A stretch of DNA of 64,000 bases from the NCBI RefSeq assembly GCF_009914755.1, contig NC_060934.1, one strand, 5' to 3'. This document shows, in pieces, positions 1-15,459 of the stretch (positions are counted from its first letter, which is position 1; each line of letters begins with the position of its first letter). The DNA comes from the human T2T-CHM13v2.0 reference genome, Homo sapiens. The notes beneath the pieces are model-generated. The model was given only the letters and a program-made list of their open reading frames with translations. It was not told the origin of the DNA and made no database searches. The translations under genes and the position numbers were made by a program.

Positions 1-243
1 TTCTACTCAACATTGTACTAGAATTATTAGCCAGGGAAATTATGCTAGAAGGCACAATAAAATCCTCCAGATTTAAAAAAAAATAGGACTTTCTTTTATT
101 GCACACAATACAATCTTCTACATAAAAATTTGTAAGGAATTTACTAAAAACTCACTAGAACTAATAAATAATCTATGTCACAAGGTACAAGATCAACATG
201 AAAATTAAGTTGTACTTTTATATACTAGCAATAAACAATCTGA
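1..243 (+). mobile_element. Old L1M ORF2 fragment
   Basis: Degenerate match to L1 ORF2 (ctactcaacattgtactagaa...gccagggaaatt; ctagaactaataaat...gtacaagatcaacatg). Confidence 0.55.
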
Positions 244-731
244 AAATTGACAAGTGGGACCTAATTAAACTAAAGAGCTTCTGCACAGCAAAAGAAATTA
301 CCAACAGAGTAAACAAGCAGCTTATAGAATGGGAGAAAATATTAGAAAGATATGCATCTGACAAAGGTCTAATATCCAGAATCTGCAAGGAACTTAAACA
401 AATCAACAAGCAAAAAACAAATAATGCAATTAAAAAATGGGCAAAGGACATGAACAGACACTTCTCAAAAGAAGATGTACAAGCAGCCAACAAACATATG
501 AAAAAATACTCAACATTACTAATCATCAGAGAAATGCAAATCAAAACTACAGTGAGATACCATTTTACACCAGTCAGAATGGCGATTACTAAAAAGTCAA
601 AAAATAACAGATGCTGGCAAGGCTGCAGAGAAAAGGGAATGCTTATACACTGTTGGTGGGAATGCAAACTAGTTCAGCCACTGTGGAAAGCAGTTTGGAG
701 ACTTCTCAAAGAACTCAGAACTACCATCTAA
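198..731 (+). pseudogene. Dead fragment of L1 ORF2p C-terminal cysteine-rich domain
   Basis: Translation [18 protein letters not shown]...[26 protein letters not shown] is the ORF2p CCHC region; no upstream RT/EN and a premature stop. Confidence 0.85.
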
Positions 732-1250
732 TCCTATAATCCCATTACTGGGTATATATCCAAAAGAAAACAAATAGTTCCACCAAAAAGACACATACAC
801 TTTTATGGCCATCACAGCTCTATTCACAATAGCAAAGCCATGGAATCAACCTAGGTGCCCATCAGTGGTGGATGGGATAAAGAAAACGTGGTATATATAC
901 ACCATGGAATATTACACAGACTTAAAAAAAAGAATGGAATCATGTCTTTTGCAACAACATAGATGGAGCTGGAGGGCGTTATCCTGAGTGAATTAATGCA
1001 AGAACAGAAAACCAAATACTGCATGCTCTCACTTATAAGTGGGAGCTAAACACTGAATACACATAGACATTAAGATGGGAACGACAGACACTGGGGACAA
1101 CAGACAGAGGAGGGAGGAAGAAGGGGAATGGGATCTATGACAGGATCATTTGTACTCCAAACCTCAGCATCATGCAACATACCTGTGTAACAGACCTGCA
1201 ACATACCTGTGTAACAGACCCTTTATTCTATAATAAAATTTGAAATCATT
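244..1250 (+). mobile_element. L1 (L1PB/L1MA-like) 3' end: ORF2 C-terminus, 3'UTR and A-rich tail
   Basis: attgacaagtgggacctaattaaactaaagagcttctgcacagcaaaagaa; 3'UTR ctcacttataagtgggagctaaac; aataaa near 1232. Confidence 0.9.
1173..1220. repeat. 24-bp perfect tandem duplication in the L1 3'UTR
   Basis: tgcaacatacctgtgtaacagacc x2. Confidence 0.9.
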
Positions 1251-1254
1251 TAAA

Positions 1255-1660
1255 CAATTCTTTTCGGTGTAAAGTCCTTGCAGTTCATTGGTTAAATTTA
1301 TTTCTGAATATTTTTCTTTTTGATGCTATTATGAATATTTAGACTTCTAAGCAGGCAGTTATATCATTTGCAAAGTAAGAGTTTTATGCTTTTTAAGGTT
1401 TTAATGTTAACTTTTTGTAATTTTTCTTGTTTTAGCTGATTATTCGAATCTTCATGAAAAAACAATAATGACTAAAATATGAGTTACTGGGCAGGCACTC
1501 CTTTGTGGTTCTGACTTTGGTGGGAACACTCTCCACATTCCACAGTTAAGCGCACGGTTGCTATGGGTTTCTGGTAGACCGGACTTCAGAGAGTCAAGAA
1601 GTGTTTCTTCTATTTTTAGTTAGCCATTTTGTTTCAGGGATCTCCATATTTGAAGGTTTT
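1255..1660 (-). mobile_element. Old L1M fragment, antisense
   Basis: T-rich degenerate antisense ORF2 (ggttaaatttatttctgaatatttttctttttgatgctattatgaat). Confidence 0.5.
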
Positions 1661-3559
1661 TCCCAGTCTTGTTTCAGAGTCAGCAATGTTCTAAGGAGGC
1701 AGCTGTGGCCGCGTTTACAAATTCCAGTTAAGATCAGCTCAATTCAAGAAAGATCTGTCAGGTGCACGCACCTGGCAGGCCCTGGGAATGTAACAGTGAA
1801 GAGGAAGGCAAAGGTCTCTGTCCCCATGGAACTAACTGCACGCCTGGAATTCAAAGTGCAGTGCACATCACAATGGAAGTCGCAATGGGGGTGTCAGAGG
1901 GAAATCAACCTACCCTCTAGTTGAGTGTGGGCTGGCAGGGGACACAGAGGGTCCTTCCACTGCATGTGCTCAGACAAAAATGGGCCATGAGGGTTTTACA
2001 AAGATATTAACAATAAGAGCTGAGCAGAGGTTTTCATCTAAAAATGATCCTCGGATTAATTGATCAGCAAGATCTTCCTTTTGCAGGTCCCAGGTTTCCC
2101 ACAATAATACCTGGGATTTATCTCCCTCTGATGGGTTTATTTCTTCAGAAAAGTCTGGTGTTTGTGACTCAGCATAGCCAGCTCTGCTTGTACGGAGGGC
2201 CTCTTCTGGGCCATGTGTACTGTAGGTATTACTGGCTTAATCCTAAAACCCACTTACGGGTAGTTCTTATTCCTATCGTGCAAAGGAGGTGTTGATGACT
2301 GACTCAGACACACCACCCAGTTGCTCTTCAAGGACGATTGCCCAACAGCCCCCAGTTCTTCCTTCAAGGTCAGCCTCAATTTTGGAGCCAAGGTGATGCT
2401 CTTCTAGAGGTAGCCCCAGCCAGGAACCCAGTAAGTCGATGGCATGAGGGTTGGGTCATTTCCACCACTTTGCAATCTTTGCCCCAGAGTCTCCTCTGCA
2501 TTGGCACAGACGTGGTCAGTTTGAAGCCATAACCTGATGGCCACCCCTGCCCATTCCTGCACCCCTCCTTTTTCTTCCCAATGAAGTAGGGCAGTCCTAA
2601 CTCCAGCTCACCTTCTGTGTCCCAGAGACTCTGACCTTCAGGGAAACTGAGGTCTGAAGAGCAGCTGCGTTTGTGGCTGATATTAATTCAAGGCCACCAT
2701 GGATCAGGCACAGGGTCAAATGTGTTAGGCACAGACTTTGGGTCCCCAGAACAACCTGACTGGGACAGAAATCCCGATTCCTCCCATGTCCCTGTCTCCT
2801 GCCCAGCTGCCCTGACAGCTCAGGAGAGACGGGGTCTCCCCTAGTTCTAGGGCTCCATGGTGGGGCCTGCTGAGGATATGTGCTGACTGCTCTCTCTTTA
2901 GAAGTCATTCCGCTCACGCTGGGGACCAGGGGGAGGGGGAGATCCCAGGGAAGAGGGAGAGCTGGCTTGCAGGGAACGACCGTGGGAGTGTTTGCCTTGT
3001 AACCAAATCACAGAGGGTGCGCTTGTGAAGGGCTGCTTTATTGTCGCAACTGGAGTGTGTCTTCTCTTTTGGCACCTTGCAAACACCTCAGGTGCCACAG
3101 GAGTCTCGAGGGGCGGCTGGGGCTGTTGGGCAATGTATGAATGAAAGCTTTCACGCTGCCGCATTCCCCAGGAAAACTCTGGCAGCCCTTTCCCTCAGAC
3201 CTTCCTTTTGGGCTGGGCTGCTGCCTAGCATGCAGCTCAGTCCTAGGGTCCCTCTCGAAAGCCCCAACCTGGGGCTGGCTCTACTGCGGCTGAAAGCAGC
3301 TGAAGGTTTTTAACAGTGTGGCCTTTCTCAATAAGAGCTTGATGAACAAAGTCAAAGGAGCTTTTGACTTCAACGAGAAAAAAAAGGAACCTTCATGTCC
3401 AACCAGAAAAATGTCCTTAATTTTGCAGTTGAAACAATTTGTATTCCATGTACTGAATAAAGCTGGGTGAATGTGTTTGAGACTTCTAAGAAGCACAGGC
3501 CAGGTCAGGGCTCCAACAGACTCCCAAGTTCAAATCCTTTGCCTCTGCCCTAGACCCAG

Positions 3560-3665
3560 AGGCAGGTCCAGGTTTAGTGAGGCCTATACTGTATACAATT
3601 TGGGCAGCCCTTTTAAAGAAAAAGATACAAAATTAGAACTGAAAATGAATATTTATCCGGAATGA
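3560..3665 (+). mobile_element. hAT-type DNA transposon end (ORSL/Tip100-like)
   Basis: ggcaggtccaggtttagtgaggcc...tatacaatttgggcagcccttttaaagaaaagatacaaaattag resembles a remembered consensus terminus. Confidence 0.4.
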
Positions 3666-3958
3666 CAACAGAAACACCTGTAAATCACTGGAGATTCAGG
3701 AGGGCCCCTGGAGAACAAGCATACCCACTGGAGTTGGAGCCCAGGAAGACTCTGTAGGTCACCTCCACCTGGAGGAGCTGGTAACGGAAGTGCTGCCACC
3801 TGGGGCACCTGGAGCATGGCCCCTGCACCAGTCACAGAGAGGAGACCCCGACAGCCCCCTTGCCTTGGGCTGAGAGGTGTGAGCCAACAGTGGCCTGGGC
3901 AGGACCTCCACATTGCCCTTAAGCTCACTTCCTAACATTCCACAAGGCCATCTGGGTG

Positions 3959-4084
3959 TAGGGTGACCAACAGTCCCAGTTTGCTTGAAACTGAGGGCAA
4001 ACCAGAATGGTTTTCTGTGACCTCTGCCTTTAAGTGCTAGTACCTGAAAAGTCCCAGGCAAATGGGGACAAGTTGGTCTTCCTA
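3959..4084 (+). mobile_element. MER94/MER81-like hAT-Blackjack MITE
   Basis: Terminal inverted repeats tagggtgaccaac...gttggtcttccta, internal inverted gtcccagtttgc/gcaaatggggac; possible TSD atctgggt/atctggtt. Confidence 0.75.
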
Positions 4085-4969
4085 TCTGGTTCCATATATA
4101 TGGCGGGAATGCCTCCCATCCACTGGTGATTGGTGACATGTTGCAGTCACGTGGCCATCAGGTCACACATGTTTGTAACAGGTGTTTACTTTTTGTAATG
4201 AGCTTCTGATGAATGCCAGGCATGACAGAATCATGTCTCAAATTCATCTTTCCAGGCTTTACCCATGGCCAGACACAGCTCTCATCTCTGCCAGACAGGT
4301 GCATTTCCTGGTGCTGAGCACCCATGGGCGTTGCTCAGTTTTCCTGTCTCTCAGATTGAGAGAGCCTGGCCCAGGCACTGCCAGACCCCCTCCAGGGTCC
4401 ACAGATTCATTCCTGAGGTTCACCAAACTCTCAGGTACAGAGCAGCTGGCCTCCCTAAGGCTCTCTCAGCGCACTTTCCCCAGGCACACAATGGTGCCTG
4501 GGCGTCATCTCTTTTGGGGTTCTTGCTGAGCTCCAGCACTGGCCTAGGAAGGTTGTGGGTCTTCCAGCTCTTTGAGAGGGGACCCCGTGTCCTATTCCTC
4601 TGAATACCAGCAACAGAGTCACTTTAGGAAGGCGCAGCCCAGTGCACCCGTGAAGGGCTTTGGATTCAGTGTTAATCAGCATCCATGATCCACACTGTCC
4701 CGGAGTTCAGGACTTCGTGGTGAGGGATGCTGGAATTTCTGTCCTGTCTCACTTCACAGTAGTGTAAGGAAGCTCGGGGAACTCAGGACCCTACCCAGGC
4801 TGCATTATCCAAGTCTCCTGACTCACAGCCTCGAGCCTCTGCACTCTGCTGTCTTCTGGTGCCTTGGGATTTCAGATGCCACTTTTGGTCAAGCCAGCCT
4901 TGGGGGACAGCCACCTGGGTGACTGTCCATGAAGTTGATGATGGGCTTTGTATAATTTTAACAATACAG

Positions 4970-5530
4970 TCTTAAAAAATTACTCTGGGAAATTTCAAAT
5001 GCTTACAAAAATAGAATTGTAAGATTACCACATTCCAATCACTCAGCTTAAACAATAATTATCCAGTTTCATCTAGGCTCTGCGTCATTCACCTTCCCCC
5101 ACTCTAGAGTATTTTAAAGCAAATCTCAAGCTCATCAATTTTTCAGGTTATCCTGGTTAAAAAAAAAGGATTCCTTAAAATCCACGATATCCTAAAAACT
5201 TTACAAAATTCTATACTACCATTAAATATCCAATTAGAGTTCAAATTTTCCTGGCCACCTCATATATACTTAATGGTTTATTGTTCAATTCAGGATCAAA
5301 ATCAAATAAATAAGATACATGGGTTGCAACTGGTTGGTTTGTTTCTGTTGATGGTTGGCCCTTCTTTCTCTCCCCTTCTTTTCTTGCCCCCTCTCTTTGC
5401 TCCTCTTGTCCTTTCTTCTCCGTAGCAATTTCAGCTGAAGGAAGGGGCCAGCTGTCCTATGGAGCTCCCGAGTGCTGCATTTGGCTGGGGCTCCCCTGCC
5501 ATTGAGTGTGTTCCTCTCTGTCCCACCTGG
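4970..5530 (-). mobile_element. L1ME-type 3' end remnant
   Basis: ggaaatttcaaatgcttacaaaaatagaa and ttttaaagcaaatctcaag are typical of antisense L1ME 3'UTR. Confidence 0.45.
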
Positions 5531-5556
5531 GATGTGGTTTGGGAGCTGAATCTACA

Positions 5557-5748
5557 GCAGGCTTCCCAACTGGCTGCACAGTTGACACTTGGCGTGGGAT
5601 AATTCCTTGTGGTGGGAACTGTCCTGTGCATTGCAGGATTTTTAGCGTCATTCCTGGCATCTCCTCATCAGACGCTAGCAGCACCTCCAGCTGTATCAAC
5701 TCCAAATGTCTCCAGATATTGCCAATGTTCCCTGGGAGGCAAAATCAT
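5557..5748 (-). mobile_element. MER20 (hAT-Charlie)
   Basis: gataattccttgtggtgggaactgtcctgtgcattgcaggatttttagc...ccaaatgtctccagatattgccaatgttccctgggaggcaaaatc is the reverse complement of MER20. Confidence 0.85.
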
Positions 5749-7727
5749 GATATTCTCATGTCTCCACATGAACATGCATGAGATATGTGATAAAGGCAAG
5801 GCCACTTCCTAGGCAGCCCTGTGCCCTCATCTGGGGCCACTGCTGTCACTGTGTCACTGACGGGGACAGCCCCACCTGGGGAGCTGATCCCTGGATGTGT
5901 TCCCCCTTCATAAGACAATACAGAAATAGACTAAACCACAGCTTCACTCCTATTGAAAATCTTTAACAGTCTCCAATATAAACATGAATGGGCTTCAGGA
6001 TGAATATTTTTCCCTCACCTCTTTCTCCCTGACACTGGCATAACTTGGATTGATACAAAGAGACATTGATCATTGTTTCAGGCCGACTTCCTGGGCTGGA
6101 GGGCACACCGTTTCTGGGCCTGCCTTTCACACTCTCTTCTGTGTTCTGATGCGAACGTGGCAAAAGGAGGAGGCTCTGGTCACCACCCAGCGGAACATGA
6201 TGGTATTTTGATTTCAGAAGCATGAATTCTGACAGACAAATACAACCAATGGCTGTTCCCTAGGCTGTTATTCTAGAAAAGACAAGTTTCACAATGAACT
6301 ATTTTAGGGAGAAAATACATTAAAATGCCAAAAATGTTTAATAAAGTTTTTTCCTCTGCATTAGATGACACAATTTTGACTTTTTTCCCTCTGTTTTGTA
6401 TTATTACAATTTAAAATGAGGAAAGCTATGTAGTCATTTCAGGTTAATTTGCTGTTATTTTGCCATCTTATTTCACTGCATTATTAAAACATTTAGAACT
6501 GTGTGTGTCATTAGTATTCCAAAATGTAATTAGCATATTTAATCAAAAACAATTAAGAACAAATACTGCTTCCCTTTTTAAGTAATAAAATATTTACTAC
6601 TGTAAAAACAAATGGAAACCAAACAATACTTTGAGGACTGATTTCTGAGAAGAAAGGAAAGAAAGCGCGAAAGAGAGACAGAAAAATAGATGGGAAAAAG
6701 AGAGAAAGAAAAGAAAAAGAGACAAAGAAAGGGCGGGAAAGGAGAAAAGAATCCCAAGGAGACTTGCCAACTCTAAGATCCCTCTGGTGGATTTTTTTAC
6801 CATTATTTTTTTCCTCTTGGGAATTTTGATTCCTATAAGCCAAGTGCAAAGAAATAAAATTTTATTACTACTTCTCAAAACCATCATAAAGGGCAATGTG
6901 TGAACTAAGAAAAGTTATGTAATTTCCTACCTAGGAATTTGATTGCCCAGCTGAAAATTTCCTTTGGTAAAAATAAGTTTGGATGCTAAATTTTTGAATG
7001 AGACCTTGAGATAGCAGAAACAAAAAGAAAAAATGAAAAAAAAAAAAAGAGGGCATTTGAAAATCGGTAGACTCTTTGCGCACTTGGAGGAGACTTTGAG
7101 AGGTTATCTGAATAGTTCCTTGCCAGCCAGCTAGCCTCTGGGCTTTTGCTGTGGTTTGATCTATAGCAAGATGCTGTACTGCTTTGGATTTCATGTACTC
7201 TATCTTGTCTACAGCCCATCGTATCGTAGGGACTTGGACTTTGTGCCTCATGCCCTGACACCTGGAGTCTCCAGGACTGTGCAAACCAGTTGCACTGATT
7301 TTCTCCCTCATCAAGACTGTTAGAATCTGATCTCTCTACTTTTTCTTCATTTTTTCAGCACCCTCCTTCTTCTCTTTAATTCCTTCTCTCTGCAAGGTAG
7401 ACTTTAAGGTCCACTTTAAAAATCACTGTCTTTCCAAAGACCCCAAATACCATGACCCATTGCTAATCACACATTCTTGGCAAATCTTCCAAATCTCAGT
7501 CAGACCAGCTGCCACCATCTCAGTGCTTATACCTGAGCAGCTGAAGGCTAGTGAAAGAAATGACACCAAAATGTAGTTTGTGTTACCTTGAAGTCAAGGT
7601 CACCAACATTAGCATTAGTTGTGTTATAAGATCTTTTGTGTTTCTCCCGTCAGCATTCTGTCTACATTAGTAATTTCAAAAATTAACTCTCCTCTCAAAC
7701 ATCTAATTCCTCTTCTTCGCAATAATT

Positions 7728-7870
7728 ATATCTTGACCTGGGTTCCCTCCAAAGCAGAGCCTGAGGGGAAAATTTATGTTCAAATACTTCTTTTGGGAAT
7801 TTCATTCTAAGAACCAGGAGCATAAAATAGGAAGAAGGAAACTAGAAGGAAGTCAATATAAAGACGAGTC
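7728..7870. mobile_element. ERVL LTR fragment (LTR16/33-like)
   Basis: tcttgacctgggttccctccaaagcagagcctgagg resembles an LTR16-family terminus. Confidence 0.4.
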
Positions 7871-7929
7871 ACCAAGTTAAATTGCTGTAAATCTAGATAA
7901 GCTCTTGCTATAAAACAACAAAAAAGAAC

Positions 7930-9213
7930 GATTACACATGGATATTCAGTTTTTCCAACATTATCTATTGAAGAGAATGTTTCTTTCCCTATTGTGTACT
8001 CTTGGCACCTTTGTCAAAAATCAGTTTACCATAAATGTGTGAGCTTATTTCTCAGTTTTATATCCTGTTTCATTGGTTAATGATTCTGTTTTCATGCCAG
8101 TACTATGTCGTTTGAATTACTATGTTGTTTGAAGGTTTGTAGTAGATTTTGAAATCCTATACTGTGTCTCTGGCTTTGTTCTTTTGCTCAAGATTTCTTT
8201 GGTTACTTGGGGTCTTTTCTAGTTCCATCCAAATTTAAAAATTATTATTTTTATTTCTATTCAAATGTCATATGAAAAATGACATTTGAATTTTGATAGG
8301 GATTGCACTGAATCTGTAGATCACTTTGGACAGCATAAAAATTTTGACAATATTAATTATTTCTATCTATGAACATGGAATATATTTTCATATTTTTCTG
8401 CCATCATCAATATTTTATAATTTTCAGGTTACATATCTTTCATCTTCTTCTTTAAACTTACTACTAAGTATTTTTATGCATTGTGAATAGGATTGTTTTC
8501 TTAATTTTGTTTTCAGATAGTTTTGTTGTTGGTATATAGAGGCATAATTGATTTTTATACATTGTTTTTGTATCCTGTAACTTTAATGAATTCATTTATC
8601 AGTTCTAACAATTTTTTGGTAGCATCATTAGGGTTTTGTATATATTAGAGCATGTTATCATTAGACAGAGACAATTTTGCTTCCTTTTCTATTTGAATGC
8701 CTTTTATTTCTTTTTCTTATTTTATTGCTATGTCTAGGACTTCCAGTACTATATTGAATAGAAGAGGTGAGAGTGGGCATCCATGCCTTGTTTCTGAGCT
8801 TAGAGAAAAAGCTTTCAATTTTTCATTATTGAATATAATGTTGGCTGTCAGCTTGCCATATATAGCATTTACTGTGTTGAGGTACATTTATTCTATATCT
8901 AATTTGTTGAGAAGTTTTATCATAAAATGATGCTGAATTTTGTCAAGTGCTTTTTCTTCATCTATTGAGATGATCATGTGTATTTTGTCCTTCATTTTGT
9001 TAATATTATGCATCACATTCATTGATTTGCTTATATTGAACCATCCTTGCATCTCAGGGATAAATACCACTCAATCGTGGTAAAAGACTCTTTTAATGTT
9101 CTGCTAGATTCAGTTTGCTAGTATTTATTGAGGGTTATTTTATCTATGCTCATCTACAATATTGGCCTGTAGTTTTCTTGTAGTGTCCTTGTCTTGCCTT
9201 TGGTATGAGGCTA
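7930..9213 (-). mobile_element. L1MA-type ORF2, inverted 5' segment of a twin-primed insertion
   Basis: Antisense ORF2; minus ORF 8888-9070 reads [45 protein letters not shown] (RT domain). Confidence 0.9.
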
Positions 9214-10820
<1,607 letters not shown>

Positions 10821-11009
10821 AATTAAAAGGTTGTACAAAAATACAATGTAACACTAATATGGAAGTTATTGACAGTGACCTCAGTAAAAGGTCTTATATT
10901 ATTTATAAATTAAAAATAAAAAATAAATTAAAAGGTTGTACAAAAACACAATGTAATACTAATATGGAAGTTATTGACAGTGACCTCAGTAAAAGGTCTT
11001 ATACTCTCT

Positions 11010-12690
11010 AAGGAGAACCAGAGACATTGATAAATTTTAGATATTATATATCAATTATGCATATCAAAATGTTAAGGCTGTCCACTAAGATAATAGCAAA
11101 TAAAAACTATTCAAAGATTCTGGAAGTGAGTAAAGATAAAAAAATGGAGAGTACAAAAATTGTAAATCCAATGTAAGATAAGAGGAAAGCCTCTAGGGAA
11201 ACATAGATATTTATTTATAATATGAAATATAGTAGAAATTATCCAAATACGTAAGTAATGATAACAAATGTTGTTAGGTTTGTCGAGGCAGCCCAGTGAA
11301 TTGCCCATTTCTTCAGGAAATCGAAAGAGTGGGAAGAAATGTTATCCACTGGCATCTTTAGATGGATTAAAGTTTTCAAGAAACAGGAATTTGTAGGACT
11401 ACATCATAGAAATCTAATTGTTATTTTTTAAATATTCATCTAAGGTATAATCTATGGAAATATTAAAAATAAAAGGTTGGGAAAAGATACACTAGGAAAA
11501 TACTGAAAGAAAACAGTTGCAGTGATATTAACAGAATAGTCTTAAATACAGAAACCATTAGTATTTTCTAGTTGTAGTTAATGATTGTAAGGGAAAAATC
11601 ACCAGCATAAGATAATAATTATTCAAACTTCACACAGAGAGGGACATCTATGGCTTGTATTTCAGCCATAAACCTGTTATTTAGAGAGTGCCTGGCAGAT
11701 GGTAGGAACTCAGTAAATAGTTGTGAAATGGAAAGTTAACAATATTGAACATAAATGCTTCTGATGCCCTGTCTGTAGGTATACATAAAGTAAAAATTGG
11801 CTGAATTACAAAGAAAAACAGAAAATCCCAAGATCATAGTACATTTCTCTCAGACATTGGTAAGAACAAGCAGGTAAAAGTATTAACAATACAGATAATT
11901 TTAATGTCACAATGACTGGTCTTTGTGTCATAAACATATCTAGATGCTTGCATGCAACATAAGAAACTATATATTATTTTAAGAACATATGATCCATTTA
12001 CGAAAATTGATCATGCAGTAAGCCATAAATTAAGTCTCAAAAAGTAACTCGTATCATATTAGTCATTTTTTCTGACTAAACCACATTAATTAGAAATAAG
12101 GAACCAAAGGAAAACCTGCACTCCAAATACTGAAAAATATACATCTAAATAATTCATGTGTCAATAAAGAAATCAAAGTAGGTATTATAAAATATTTGGA
12201 ACTGAGATACAATAAAAATTCTACATGTCAGAACTTGCGAGCTGTTGACTGGGAAAGGGCATAGAGGAATATTCTGGGGTGATAGAAATCTACTAAGTAT
12301 AGTATTAATATGCACTTTTACTAGTTATTCAATGGTGCACTTATGGTATGAGCATTTCACTGCATATAAATATATATCAGTAATAATAATACCTGTGGGT
12401 TACTGTGAAAAAATACTTACATAGAAATTCATGTTTTCAAGCCTATAAAAGATAACTCAAGAAGTTAGAAAAAGAACAAGAGGAGAAAAATTGACATAAG
12501 AGTTAAGAGCGGAAATTATTAGAATATATAATAGAGAGATCAACAAAATCAAAACTTGGCTCTTTTAAATGATTAATAAAAGAGCCAATATTTGGGCAAA
12601 ATTAATCAAGGAAACAAGTACACAAATGGGCATTTCTGGGTAAACAGGATAAAACTATATGAACAGTAAAGAATTTTTAACATCGTAAAG
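11010..12690 (+). mobile_element. Very old L1M(E) ORF2 endonuclease-region remnant with nested inserts
   Basis: A-rich degenerate ORF2 (aaaggttgggaaaagatacac; aaaattgatcatgcagtaagccataaa; ctcaagaagttagaaaaagaac). Confidence 0.55.
11635..11735 (+). mobile_element. L2 3' tail nested in the old L1
   Basis: agagtgcctggcagatggtaggaactcagtaaatagttgtgaaatggaa matches the L2 3' terminus. Confidence 0.55.
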
Positions 12691-13928
12691 AAAGTTTGTT
12701 TTTAGTAATGGTAGTCTGGTTCATTTGAACCAATACCACTACTAGAAATAATTTAAAATACTGACTTACATATAAATATACAGAGACATTTCCTTAAGGG
12801 CATTGAAAATTTGGGAAAGTAATATTAAATTATCAGAACGCAACTGAAAGAACCATGGGGACTTTCACTCAGGCCATAAGAGATGTATTAGGATTGACAT
12901 TTCTCTCATGCCATAAACAAATAGGAAAATAGACAGAATAAGTGAAACAACTGTTTTCAGATAAGCAGTGTAGACAGAGTGGTGATATTAATATCAGTCA
13001 AAGTAGCCTGTAGAACAAAGTATATTAGCAGCAACATGGTTAAGTTTATAATGACAAAGGCTTAATTTATTAGGAAGACATATAGTTCTAAATGTGTATG
13101 CACCTAATAGCTGAACTTCAACATATAAAAAGCAAAACCTGACAGAAGAAAATGAAAAATGGACAAAGCCACAATTATGGTGGGAAATTTCAATAGTCAT
13201 CTCACAGTAATTGATAGAATTAGCAAGCCAAAGAAACAAGCAAGAATTTAAAAGATTCAAACAACACAATGAGTAACTTGACCTAGTAGCTGACATTTTA
13301 AGAACACTTCACCCTCAAAGAGCAAAATATATATTTCTTTAAGTGCCATGCAGCATTCACTAAGAGATACGATAAATGGGGCTGGAAATAAAATTTAATG
13401 TAGTTTTAAAATTTTAAACATAATGTATGTTGAAAATTAAATGTATTTTTAAACATATGCAAAATATGTTCATTGATCACAATAGAATTTAAGTAAAAAC
13501 CATTAACAGAAAGTTACCTGAAAATATCCTCAAATATTTGGAAATTAAATAACATATTTCTAAATAATTCAAAGGTTAATGAAATAATTCAAAGGGAAAA
13601 TTAGAAATTACTTTTAATTGAATAGAAATAAAATCAGAATAACGAGTAAAGTCTTTTTTAGAGGGAAATTTATAGATTTAAATATTATGTTAGACCTAAA
13701 ATCAAATAACCTAACTTTCAACTTAAGAAGCTAGATATCAAAGAGTGCAGTAGAGGAAGGACATCATAACAGCAAGCGTGTAGATCAGTAAAATAGAAAG
13801 CAGAAGAATAATAAAGAAAATTGATTAAGCGAAAGCTGAATCTTTAGAAATAGTGATAATTGGCAGCTCTCTAGCTAGATTGATGGGGAAAAAAGTTACA
13901 TGTAATAGAAATGAAAGAAAGGACATTT

Positions 13929-14236
13929 GGCCAGGCATGGTGGCTCACAACTGTAATCTCAGTATTTTGGGAAGCTGTGGCGGGAGGACAGCTAGAGCAC
14001 AGGAGTTTGAGTCCAGCCTGGGCAACATGGTGAGACCCTATCTCTACAATTTGTTTTTTAATTAGCTGGGCATGATGGCATGCACCTGTGGTCCCAGCTA
14101 CTCAGTAGGCTGAGGTGGGACTATCACTTAAGCCCAGGAGGCCAAGGCTGCAGTGAGTCTTGATTGTACTGCTGTACTCCAGCATGGGCAATAGAACAAG
14201 GCCATGTCTGATAAAAAAGAAAAGTAAAAGAAAGAG
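13929..14236 (+). mobile_element. AluJ
   Basis: Diverged dimeric Alu with J diagnostics (agcctgggcaacatggtgagaccc, gcccaggaggccaaggctgcagtgag); TSD gaaaggacat/gaaaggatat. Confidence 0.92.
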
Positions 14237-15149
14237 GGAAAGGATATATCCTACACATATGCAAGTGAATCCTACACATATAAAAAAATTACAGGTGAAA
14301 ATCTGAACAACTTTATAGTAATAAATTTGACAACTTAGTTAAAATGGACAAATTTCTCAAAAGATACAAATTATGAAAAGTGACTCAAGAAGAAACAGAA
14401 AATAAATATAATCCTATATGTATTAAAGACATTGAATTTGTAATTGAATACCTTCTCACAAAGAAAGCGCCAGGTCTAGAAGGCTTCACTGGCAAATTGT
14501 ATAAAACAGGTAAGGAATAAATAATATAAATGTTATACAAATTTCTTCAGAAAATAGAGGAAGAATAAATACTTCTCAAATTATTTTACAGGATGTGCAT
14601 AACATTGACACCAAGAACAGAAAATGACATTACAAAGGAAGAAAACTACAGACCTATATCTATCATGAATAAAGATGCAAAAATGCTAAACAAAATGCTC
14701 CCTATCAAATTCAAAAATATACAAAATGTGTTTTATAACAGGAAAGTTGTTTAAACATTATATATAAATCAATGTCATTCACAGTCATAAGAAAGTTGTT
14801 TTTGCTTTCTGAAATACCAGTATTTATTATGAAGCCATAATAAATAAGACATTGTCTTATGGGCACAGGAAAAAAGAGACAGCCCAGAGCTAACTAATAC
14901 ACAGGCTGGTACATCACAAATATGACCCAGCAGAGCAGTGGGGAATCCACATCTTTTCTCTGAATGGTGCTGAGCCGGCTGGGCAAACATATTCCAAAAT
15001 AGGGTGGTATATCTACTTTTGCCCTGCACAAAAATCAATCCCAGGTGTCAATTATAAAAAGCAAAGTCTAAAGCTATTAGATGATAATAAAATGATAACA
15101 AAGGACATAGATGATAATAGAAGATAAGATCTTCAGAATCTCAGGATAG

Positions 15150-15459
<310 letters not shown>

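Noticed and set aside
198-731. 177-aa ORF as a functional gene
   Set aside because: Fragment of L1 ORF2p inside a truncated L1; the antisense 149-aa ORF is its mirror.
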